From positions 1 through 16,151 of the forward strand of contig JBFMGU010000245.1 of NCBI GenBank assembly GCA_040752415.1: a stretch of 16,151 nt of DNA. Direction: 5' to 3'. The notes beneath the pieces are model-generated. The model was not told the DNA's origin, searched no databases, and saw only the letters and a program-made list of their open reading frames with translations. The number at the start of each line of letters is the position of its first letter. The first letter of the stretch is position 1. Shown here piece by piece: positions 8,789 through 16,151 of the stretch. The translations under genes were made by a program, and so were the position numbers. Origin of the DNA: Myxococcota bacterium. Its GTDB lineage: Bacteria > Myxococcota > JACRCW01.

Positions 8789-9286
8789 TCAGCCGCGCAG
8801 CGCGTCATTCTTCTGCCGGCTCTGCACCGCCATCTTCTGCTTGAACTCGATCACACGTTGCTGCAGCTCCGGCTGCGACACGCTGAGCATCTGCACGGCG
8901 AGGATCCCCGCGTTGCGCGCCGCGCCAATGGCCACCGTGGCCACGGGCACGCCGCTGGGCATCTGCACAATGGAAAGCAGGCTGTCCACGCCCTGCAAGG
9001 TGCGGCTCAACACGGGGACGCCAATGACGGGCAGCGGGCTGATGGCCGCCACCATGCCCGGCAGGTGCGCGGCGCCGCCGGCCCCCGCGATGATCACGCG
9101 CAGCCCGCGCGTATGCGCCGTCTCCGCGTAGGCCATCATGTCCCGGGGCGTGCGGTGCGCACTGACCACGCGCAGCTCATGTGGAATGGCGAACTCGTCG
9201 AGGACGTTGGCCGCCTCGCGCATGGTCTCGAGGTCGGAGTCGCTGCCCATGATGATGCCCACGAGGGGCTGAGTGGACTCGGTCAT
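8789..9286 (-). CDS. purE: N5-carboxyaminoimidazole ribonucleotide mutase
   Basis: [66 protein letters not shown] just upstream of ATG 9286. Confidence 0.97.
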   Translation of the reverse strand: MTESTQPLVGIIMGSDSDLETMREAANVLDEFAIPHELRVVSAHRTPRDMMAYAETAHTRGLRVIIAGAGGAAHLPGMVAAISPLPVIGVPVLSRTLQGVDSLLSIVQMPSGVPVATVAIGAARNAGILAVQMLSVSQPELQQRVIEFKQKMAVQSRQKNDALRG

Positions 9287-9328
9287 GGACGCTCCTGTAG
9301 CGCGAGCGATGGTGGCGACCAAGCGGTG

Positions 9329-9613
9329 CTACTGCCCTTCGTCGCCGCGAGGATTCCGGTGCGTTCCCTCGGGGTGATCCGTCGTGGCCCCTGGCTGGTA
9401 GAGGCCCCGACGACGCGCGAGCTCATGGAAGCGCTCAGGGTGGTCGTCGTCACGACGGAGCGTGGCGCCCCAGCGGAGTCCCATATCGACACTGGCCACG
9501 AGGCGTTCCCACGTCGTCATGCGCGACCAGCGCTCCTGGTCTTCCGCCTGGAACCTCGCCTCCGCTGCGGCGATGCGCGCCATGTAGGCCCGTTCGGAAT
9601 CGCTGACCTTCAT
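9329..9613 (-). CDS. Small hypothetical helical protein (94 aa)
   Basis: MKVSDSERAYMARIAAAE...ERFHELARRRGLYQP; plausible charged helical composition, fills the gap upstream of purE, promoter-like motif directly upstream; ends in TAG. Confidence 0.6.
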   Translation of the reverse strand: MKVSDSERAYMARIAAAEARFQAEDQERWSRMTTWERLVASVDMGLRWGATLRRDDDHPERFHELARRRGLYQPGATTDHPEGTHRNPRGDEGQ

Positions 9614-9620
9614 GGGCCTT

Positions 9621-9650
9621 ACGCTAGCGAGCCCCTGTCCCCCGTGTCAG
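9621..9650 (-). promoter_or_regulatory. Candidate sigma70 promoter giving a leaderless transcript
   Basis: Minus strand: CTGACA, 18 nt, TAGCGT, 7 nt, ATG (9613). Confidence 0.45.
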
Positions 9651-9817
9651 CGGAGCCGCGGGCGTGACACGCAGACCGTGCCACGCCCACCGCGGCCCTG
9701 TCCGCGTCCACGACGTCACGCACTGCTACACGCCCGGTCACCCGTTAGCTCGCAGCACGGAGTGCAGTGTTTCCGGGGACCCTGTGGCCACGTCGGTGGC
9801 GACACGCGGAGGATGGC

Positions 9818-10567
9818 ATGCGGATGCGCAACGGAATGCTGATGGCGGGCGTGATGGGCGCGATGGTGGTGGGCGGCTGCGAGCGGATGCGCCAGCAGGA
9901 AGGCGAGCGGAAGGCGGAGACCCGCCTGGACACCGCCGAGGAGCGGACCGAGCAGGCCTTTGGCCAGGCCGAGGAGGCGCACGAGAAGGCCAAGAAGGAG
10001 ATGAAGGACGTCATCAAGGCGGAGGAGGACGTCACCAAGGCGCAGCAGGAGCTCGCGGAGGCGCAGCAGAAGGTGCAGCAGGAACGCACGCAGGCGGAAC
10101 AGGCGCGCACGCAGGCGGAGCGGCAGGCCATGTAGGCCCAGGCCACCGCGCAGCAGACCCAGCAGGAGGTGTCCGCGGCGCAGCAACAGCAGGAGCAGCG
10201 TCTGCGTGAGACCCGCGTGCAGACGCAGCAGGGTGAGACGGTGGCGGAGAAGTTCAAGCGCCTGGAGGCGGAGAAGCAGGAGAAGGCCGCCGCGGAAAAG
10301 GAGGCAGGGGAGCAGGAGCAGAACATCACCGGGCGCGTGGCCGAGATCCGCAAGGACGAGGTGATTGTCAGCCGTCCGGGTCAGCCCCCGCTCCGTCTGC
10401 ACGTGAATCCCGAGACCACGGTGAACATCAACGGTCAGCGCAAGAGCACCAACGACCTGCGTAACAACATGGAAGTCACCGTCACCTACAAGATGGTGAA
10501 CGACCAGCCCGTGGCCATCCGCTTCGAGCACAAGATGGAGCAGAAGAAGGACCAACCGCGGATGTGA
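9818..10567 (+). pseudogene. Lipoprotein (Gln/Glu-rich coiled coil plus C-terminal beta-rich, DUF5666/OB-like domain) interrupted by an in-frame TAG at 10133-10135
   Basis: SD GGAGG at 9808-9812; signal MRMRNGMLMAGVMGAMVVGG-C. ORFs 9767-10135 and 10169-10567 share a frame and the helical pattern continues across the stop: ERQAM*AQATAQQTQQEVSAAQQ. Could be a nonsense allele, a sequence error or readthrough. Confidence 0.75.
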
Positions 10568-10587
10568 GCTCCAACGTCGGTGCGCGC

Positions 10588-11199
10588 TCAGCCGGGTCCA
10601 CCCGGAGCGCCCGCGCCGTCGCCGCCAAGTTCGTCGCGGTAGTGCTGAACCGCGTCCCTCAGCTCCTGCACGGTGCTGCTGAACGCCATGGCGTCGGCGT
10701 GATGGCGGAGACGGCGGATGCTTCCCTCCAGCTCGCCGCGCTGCCGGCCAATCACCTCCGCCGCCGCAATCAGCTCCCGCACCCGCGTCGCCAGCTCCTC
10801 GCTTCGCCGGGTGGCGTCGTTGCGCTCGGTCATGGCCGCCATCCAGGAGTCGCGCAGGTCATCCATCTCGCTGCCCAGGTTGCGGAGGCGGCTGCGCAGC
10901 TCGTCGGTCAGGTCCCCGGCTTCCTTGAGCGCCTGCTGGTCCTTGGCGCAGGTGGCGGTGGCCGCCGTGGCCAGGTGCTCCACCTCGGTAAGCTCCCGCT
11001 GCAGGCTGGCCACCTGCGCGCGGAGCGCCTTTTCCACCTCGGAGAGGCCCGCGCTCCGAGCCCGGGCGTTGTCACGTTCCCACTCGAGCTGCAGCAGGGC
11101 GTCCAGCGTGGTCTCGAGTGCCCGCTGCAATGCATTCCGCTCCGTGAGGATGTCGGGGCCGCCCTCAGGGGCCGCGTTGGCGCTTCCGGTTGTGTCCAT
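10588..11199 (-). CDS. Coiled-coil hypothetical protein
   Basis: Continuous heptad pattern (ERNALQRALETTLDALLQLEWERDNARAR...LRSRLRNLGSEMDDLRD...); start could be 11199 or 11244. Confidence 0.7.
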   Translation of the reverse strand: MDTTGSANAAPEGGPDILTERNALQRALETTLDALLQLEWERDNARARSAGLSEVEKALRAQVASLQRELTEVEHLATAATATCAKDQQALKEAGDLTDELRSRLRNLGSEMDDLRDSWMAAMTERNDATRRSEELATRVRELIAAAEVIGRQRGELEGSIRRLRHHADAMAFSSTVQELRDAVQHYRDELGGDGAGAPGGPG

Positions 11200-11540
11200 G
11201 CGTCGTTCCCATGCTTTCTCCCGGATGTAACCGGCGGAGGTCATGGTTCACGACGGACATGCGGTCCGCAGGGCTCCCTCCGTGCATTGCCGGGCGCTGT
11301 TGACACGGCGGTGGTCACGCCGGTTTGGATGCCTCCGCCCACCCGCCGACGGAACCCCGGGGATTCCCCGGCACCGAAAGTTGCAGCACGAAGGGGCACG
11401 GGGGGTACTTTCGCTGCGGTCAGGCTGGTCCCGAGCCAGCGGCGGAAAACAACGCACCTTTGCCCCCACTTCAGGGCCACGGGCACGGAGACTCAAGCCT
11501 CGTTGGCGTTGTGCCGAGCGTCACAATCCGGAGGCGATCC

Positions 11541-13529
11541 ATGAAGGCGTCCATCCTGGTCGTCGATGACGAGAAAGTGGTCCGTCAGCGGCTCGAGGAC
11601 CACCTGACGGCCCAGGGCTGCCACGTGGCAACCGCCGCCTGCGTCACCGATGCGCTCGAGGCCATCCGCTCGCACGAGTTCGACCTCGTGATCACCGACC
11701 TGCGGATGCCGGACGGAGACGGGATGCACCTCCTGGGCGTGGTTCGCGAGGAGCAGCCCGACACCGAGGTCATCATCCTGACCGCGCACGGAGACATGGA
11801 AACCGCGTTGCAGTGCGTGCGTCGGGGTGCGTTTGACTTCGTGAACAAGAGCCCGCGGATGGAGGAGCTGGATACCGCCGTGGCCCGCGCCCTGGAGCGC
11901 CGCCGCCTGCGGACCGCCACGGACCTCTACCGCGCAAGCCAGACCATCTTCGAGCTGAGCAACCGGGAGGACCTGCCCCAGCGCATTGTGGAGGTGGCGG
12001 CGGAGGTTTTGGGGGCCGACGACGGAGCCCTGGTCCTCCCCACCACCGACGGAGGCTGGTACGTCGTCTGCTGCCAGGGGCGGGTGGATGAGGAAGCCCA
12101 GGCGCTGGCGTCCCGGATTGCGCGCGGGGTGGCCCTGAGCCTCAAGCCCGCCCTGGTGACCGACGACTTTGCCCAGCCGCTCCTGGATGACGACGCCGCG
12201 CTCCTCTCCGAGTCCGTCACCATCCGAATCCTGCGTCGGATGCGCTCCTGCATTGCCTATCCGCTCTGCTCCGGGACCCGCCTGCTTGGCGTGCTCATGC
12301 TCAGCCGACTCACGCCGTCACGAGCCTTCCGTCCTTCGGACCTGACGCGCGCAGGCATCGTGGCGTCCCAGGTGGTGCTGGCGCTGGAGACGCAGGACCT
12401 CATGCGTCGCCTGCTCGCGGCGGAGCGCTTCACCACCGTGGGGCAGATGGCCGCCAGCATTGCGCACGACATCAACAACCCCATCAGCTACGTGCTCACC
12501 AACGTGAGCCATGCGCGTGGGGAGTTGGCCGCGCGTGGTCAGCACCCCGACGTCTGTGCGGCGCTGGAGGACGCGGAGGAGGGCGCGCGCCGCGTCGCGG
12601 ACATCGTGGCGGAAATCAGACAGGTGGCGGGTACGCAGCAGGTGGAGACCGCCGTTTTCGCCCTGGGGCCCGTGCTCCAGTCCGCGCTCCGCATGACCAG
12701 CGCCACGGTGCGCGGTTGCGCGGATGTGCGCCTGGCCGTGGACCCGGGCGCGTCGGTGCGGGGCGTGCCGGGGCGGCTGTGCCAGGTCTTCATGAACCTG
12801 CTGGTCAACGCGGCGCACGCCGTTGAAGCGGCCGGTCGCGGGCGGGGCCTGGTGCAGGTGACCTGCCGGGTGGAAGGCCCAAGCGTTGTGGTCGAGGTCT
12901 CCGACAACGGCGTGGGTATTCCTCCCCAGAACGTTGCCAGGTTGTTCGAGCCGTTCTTCACCACCAAGGCGCCGGGCAAGGGCACGGGCCTTGGGCTGAG
13001 CATCTGCCGGGACATCGTCAGGGCGCACGGTGGTGAACTGTCCTTACGCTCCACCCCTGGGAGCGGGACCACCTTCGTGGTCCGACTGGCGCGAGAACCC
13101 GACGCCGCTCCCGCCACCACCGGCCCCGAGCGGGCCCAGCCCACCCCGCCTTCCCTGAAGTTGCGAATCCTCTGCATTGACGACGAGGAGCGTCAGCTGC
13201 GGGCGTACGCCCGGGAGCTGGGGGAATCCTGCATCGTGGTGACGGAGTCCTGCCCTCTGCGCGCGCTGCAACGGCTCAGGCAGGAGAGCTATGACGTGAT
13301 TCTGTGTGATGTGCTCATGCCCGGCATGACCGGCGCGCAGCTCCACCGGGAGCTGACCGGGCAGCAACCCGAGATGGCAGGGCGCTTCGTGTTCGTGACG
13401 GGAAGCGCCGGCCTGAGCCACGAGTCGTATCTTGCCAGCGTCGCGGTCCCGGTGCTCACCAAGCCCCTTGCGCCGGGCGCGCTGCAGGCGTTGTTGGCGT
13501 CATACCGGGCGCGACAGGCCGCCGGGTGA
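11541..13529 (+). CDS. Cytoplasmic hybrid sensor histidine kinase (REC-GAF-HisKA-HATPase-REC)
   Basis: SD GGAGG at 11530-11534. REC1 ILVVDDE/ITDLRMP/LTAHG/FVNK; GAF-like segment (SCIAYPLCSGTRLLGVLML); H-box IAHDINNP; N-box QVFMNLLVNA; DNGVGI; LFEPFFTTK; GTGLGL; REC2 ILCIDDE/LCDVLMP/FVTG/LTKP. Confidence 0.95.
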   Translation: MKASILVVDDEKVVRQRLEDHLTAQGCHVATAACVTDALEAIRSHEFDLVITDLRMPDGDGMHLLGVVREEQPDTEVIILTAHGDMETALQCVRRGAFDFVNKSPRMEELDTAVARALERRRLRTATDLYRASQTIFELSNREDLPQRIVEVAAEVLGADDGALVLPTTDGGWYVVCCQGRVDEEAQALASRIARGVALSLKPALVTDDFAQPLLDDDAALLSESVTIRILRRMRSCIAYPLCSGTRLLGVLMLSRLTPSRAFRPSDLTRAGIVASQVVLALETQDLMRRLLAAERFTTVGQMAASIAHDINNPISYVLTNVSHARGELAARGQHPDVCAALEDAEEGARRVADIVAEIRQVAGTQQVETAVFALGPVLQSALRMTSATVRGCADVRLAVDPGASVRGVPGRLCQVFMNLLVNAAHAVEAAGRGRGLVQVTCRVEGPSVVVEVSDNGVGIPPQNVARLFEPFFTTKAPGKGTGLGLSICRDIVRAHGGELSLRSTPGSGTTFVVRLAREPDAAPATTGPERAQPTPPSLKLRILCIDDEERQLRAYARELGESCIVVTESCPLRALQRLRQESYDVILCDVLMPGMTGAQLHRELTGQQPEMAGRFVFVTGSAGLSHESYLASVAVPVLTKPLAPGALQALLASYRARQAAG

Positions 13530-13582
13530 CTCCGCGGTGCGGTTGAGGCCACGTGCCCAACGTTGCCGACCCGGCGCGACCC

Positions 13583-14389
13583 TCAACCCAGGTGCTTGTT
13601 CATCCACTGCGTGCCGAACGCGACGAGGTCAGCCCCGTTGATGAGCTCGCTGCGCGCATTCCCGACGACGCCCTGCGCCGCACGCCCGGTGGCGAGGTAC
13701 TCCGTCAGGATGATGCCGAAGTAGTCCTCCCCGTCCCACGCCACGATGCCCTCGCTGTCATTGAGACACTCCACCGCGCGGATCTCGGGCGTGCCGTGCT
13801 CGTTCAGCACGCGACGGTAGCGTCGGACGCGGCGCTTGCTGGGCACGTCCGCCAGGTACTCCGCGTAGTGCAGCAGCGTGACCGTGCTGATGTCCGCGCC
13901 CAGCCGCAGCACCTTGCCGTCGGCGCGCATGAAGCGCTCCAGCGGTGAGCCGGGGCCGTAGTAGTCGTTCCACGGCACGTCGCGGAGGAGGTGTTCCGCC
14001 AAGGCGCCGCGCGCACCAAAGCGCCCCTCAGGGTGGTTGCTCACCCGGGTGCCGGGAGTCTGGCGCATCACTTCGGCCAGCGCGCTGACGTCGGACTCCG
14101 CGGGCGTGCGCAATGCGTCGAACGGCTCCGCGTTGGCCAGCAGCGCCGGGCGTTCCTCCTCCGGTCGCTCGTTGACCCAGTCCCAGTCGTTCTGCGCGCC
14201 CATCACCATCATGAAGGTGCCGCTGGGGCCCAACGCGGTGTCGAGCGCGCGGATGACGCCGGCGGCGCGATCCTCGACGGGACCCAACGCGCGCAGCGAC
14301 GCGTGCACCATCAGGGTGTCACCCTCCCGCACGCCAAGCCGCTGCAGGTCGGTGACGAGGCGTGCGACCGCGAGCGCATGGGGCGTCAT
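13583..14389 (-). CDS. aac(3): Aminoglycoside 3-N-acetyltransferase family protein (Antibiotic_NAT)
   Basis: LGVREGDTLMVHASLRALGPV, SNHP, YGPGSPLERF, VLRLGA, TLLHYAEYLADVP.KR, C-terminal LVAFGTQWMNKHL; 268 aa from ATG 14389. Confidence 0.9.
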   Translation of the reverse strand: MTPHALAVARLVTDLQRLGVREGDTLMVHASLRALGPVEDRAAGVIRALDTALGPSGTFMMVMGAQNDWDWVNERPEEERPALLANAEPFDALRTPAESDVSALAEVMRQTPGTRVSNHPEGRFGARGALAEHLLRDVPWNDYYGPGSPLERFMRADGKVLRLGADISTVTLLHYAEYLADVPSKRRVRRYRRVLNEHGTPEIRAVECLNDSEGIVAWDGEDYFGIILTEYLATGRAAQGVVGNARSELINGADLVAFGTQWMNKHLG

Positions 14390-14599
14390 GTGGCGGAGTC
14401 CACGAGCAACGCTCGCGCCTCGAGCCAATTCAACGTGAGTGAGCAGTCGCGCATCCTCCCCGCTCCTTTCTGCACCATCCGCCAACACGGCGGAGCGTTT
14501 CTTGGCAGCGGCCCCGCGCGGCGTCCAGATGCGCCGAGCGGCACGCCGCCTTGCTTGCCCACGCCGTCCGAGCGACCTCACACCCGTCCAAGCGCCGGT

Positions 14600-14791
14600 G
14601 GGAAGGGTCTCCGGTAGGGGTCAGAACTTTCTGGGAGGTACCGGGAGGGGTCTCCGGTGGGGGTCAGAACTTTCTGGGAGTACCGGGAGGGGTCTCCGGT
14701 AGGGGTCAGAACGTTCTGGGAGGTACCGGGAGTGGTTTCCGGTAGGGGTCAGAACGTTCTGGGAAGTAGCGGGAGGGGTCTCCGGTGGGGG
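14600..14791. repeat. Tandem array of about 4.5 copies of a 43-bp unit (GGGAGGGGTCTCCGGTAGGGGTCAGAACKTTCTGGGAGGTACC)
   Basis: Units start at 14600, 14643, 14685, 14728 and 14771 (43, 42, 43, 43 bp, then partial); few substitutions, no unique spacers. Confidence 0.95.
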
Positions 14792-14928
14792 GGACGTGAT
14801 CCTCGTGCACGCAGCTCAAGCCCACGTGCCCGGGTGTCGAATTGCAGGGCATGGCGCAACACAACCTGGCCCCCGAGTACGTTGCCCCGCGTGGGAGTGC
14901 CCCCACTCCGCCTCGGCGCCGCGGCGGC

Positions 14929-15987
14929 ATGTCCTTCCTCCGGGACGTCTGGGAGCGCGTGTTCCGCCAGCTGCGTTGGCGAGATGCGGTGGAGCACCGG
15001 GGCACACGCGCGTGGGCCCCTGCCGAGGGGGACAGCGTGCAGGGTGGGACGCCGGCGTGGCTGCCCCCCGCGGTGGCGCTGGCGTTGCCGTTGGAGCCTC
15101 GGGAGGAGGAGGCGGTGGTTGAGCTCAACGAGCTGTTGGCCGCCACCACCGACGAGCACCTCACCGCGCTGCCCGCGTTTCCCTCCCTCGCGTCGCGGAC
15201 GTTGGCGCTGGCATGGCAACAGGACGTGGACGTGGCGCAGCTGGTCCGCGAGATCTCCCGCGACCCGGCGCTGGCCGCCGCCATCCTGCGCATGGCCAAC
15301 ACCGCCCACGTTGCGCGCGGCGGGCCAGTCCGCGGGTTGCGCGACGCGGTGATGCTGTTGGGACTCAAGACCTGCGTGACCATCATTGCCGGCCTCTCCG
15401 CACGTGCGTTGTTCAATGCGGAGGTCCGCGACCTGCACCGCCAACACGCGCAGGTGTGGTCCCACCTGTGGGAGCACGCCCTCACCACCGCGCTGGCCGC
15501 GGGCCAGGTTGCCATGACCCGCCGGGAAGGGGCTCTGGACATCGCGTTCCTGGGCGGGCTGCTCCACGACATTGGAAAGGCACTGGGCCTGCGCGCGCTG
15601 CACCACCTGATGCTGCGTGGGAAGCTGGGTCAGGTGCCCACCACGCCCGTGGTCTACCGGGTGCTCGAGGATTGCCACGAGTCGCTGGGCCAGCGCGCGG
15701 TTGCGTTGTGGCAGCTCCCACCGTCGGTGGCGGAGGTCTGCGCCACCCATCACGAGCCGGTGACGCTGGAGGAGCCAGCCGCCACCGCGCTCCACGTCCT
15801 GCGCCTGGTGTCCAGCCTTCACGAGCTGACCCACAACCCCTACCGCCGCGCCGACACCGAGCAGGAGATCTTCACCAGTGCGCGCGCCCTGGGTCTCAAT
15901 GAGCATGGTGTCCGGGCCGCCCACGCGGAGACCCGCGCCGCCGAGGAGAAGACCCGCCTCCTGCTCGCCGCCAACACCACGCGCTGA
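14929..15987 (+). CDS. HDOD domain protein
   Basis: LPAFPSLA, ISRDPALAAAILRMANTA, LRDAVMLLG, WEHALTTA, AFLGGLLHDIGK, HESLG, WQLPPSVAEVCATHH. Start uncertain (14929 or 14851). Confidence 0.93.
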   Translation: MSFLRDVWERVFRQLRWRDAVEHRGTRAWAPAEGDSVQGGTPAWLPPAVALALPLEPREEEAVVELNELLAATTDEHLTALPAFPSLASRTLALAWQQDVDVAQLVREISRDPALAAAILRMANTAHVARGGPVRGLRDAVMLLGLKTCVTIIAGLSARALFNAEVRDLHRQHAQVWSHLWEHALTTALAAGQVAMTRREGALDIAFLGGLLHDIGKALGLRALHHLMLRGKLGQVPTTPVVYRVLEDCHESLGQRAVALWQLPPSVAEVCATHHEPVTLEEPAATALHVLRLVSSLHELTHNPYRRADTEQEIFTSARALGLNEHGVRAAHAETRAAEEKTRLLLAANTTR

Positions 15988-16151
15988 AACGCCCGCGCGG
16001 AAGGCGCCAGGGCGCTGCCCCGCCCCACGTGGGGATTGCCGGGCGAGTGGCGGAAGTTAGGGGCTGCGTCAGAACAAGTTGGCCAATTCGGTCCGATGCC
16101 CTCGAACACCTAACCCCCCACGTTCATGCCGTTCTGCACGCTCGCCCCCCT

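Noticed and set aside
6349..8844. 831-aa plus-strand ORF and similar long antisense ORFs (94-840, 856-1725, 1578-3194, 5008-6189, 14749-15924)
   Set aside because: Shadow frames of well-supported genes in high-GC DNA, with no recognisable motifs.
11369..11385. Sigma54 promoter GGCACCGAAAGTTGCA
   Set aside because: GG-to-GC spacing is 11 nt rather than the required 10.
11325..11540. N-terminal extension of the kinase ORF (likewise lpxK to 4026, purE to 9322, aac(3) to 14581)
   Set aside because: Family similarity begins at downstream ATGs, and the kinase and purE have clear SD motifs there.
14600..14791. CRISPR array
   Set aside because: Units are contiguous near-identical copies with no unique spacers, and no cas genes are in the window.
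14439..14800. ORFs through the array with repeated GVSGRGQNFLGGTG-like peptides
   Set aside because: The 43-bp period shifts frame between units; the peptides are a by-product of the DNA repeat.
14830..14846. Sigma54 promoter before the HDOD gene (CCGGGTGTCGAATTGCA)
   Set aside because: Spacing and -12 box fit, but the -24 box is far from TGGCAC; too weak to call.
16023..16034. Palindrome CCCCACGTGGGG as terminator after the HDOD gene
   Set aside because: Short stem with no U-tract; expected by chance at this GC content.
16110..16151. 3' end of a minus-strand gene at the right edge
   Set aside because: Only 13 codons are visible, with no recognisable motif.
1..16151. Genome-wide TAG reassignment
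   Set aside because: None of the long conserved genes (mutS2, kinase, ctpA, lpxK) contains an internal TAG; two cases cannot support it, so they are kept only as local findings.

Overview
High-GC bacterial chromosomal window; the gene content (double-FHA membrane protein, Cys-rich repeat lipoprotein, HDOD protein, REC-GAF-kinase-REC hybrid) suggests Myxococcota or a related lineage (inference). On the minus strand lie lpxK, an S41 (CtpA-type) protease and a double-FHA membrane protein that runs off the left edge and is missing from the ORF track. Divergent from lpxK is a helical protein that keeps the PspA/IM30 sequence register and has a sigma54-like promoter. Next come a Cys-rich lipoprotein, tRNA-Leu(CAG), mutS2, purE and a 94-aa ORF, then a Gln/Glu-rich lipoprotein interrupted by one in-frame TAG, a coiled-coil protein, a hybrid histidine kinase, an AAC(3)-family acetyltransferase, a 43-bp tandem array and an HDOD protein. 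I see no mobile element, CRISPR array or clear new multi-gene system. The best leads are the divergent PspA-like gene, a 14-bp inverted repeat enclosing the tRNA, the palindrome-bearing G-rich 43-bp array, and two TAG codons that are each followed by in-frame coding sequence.
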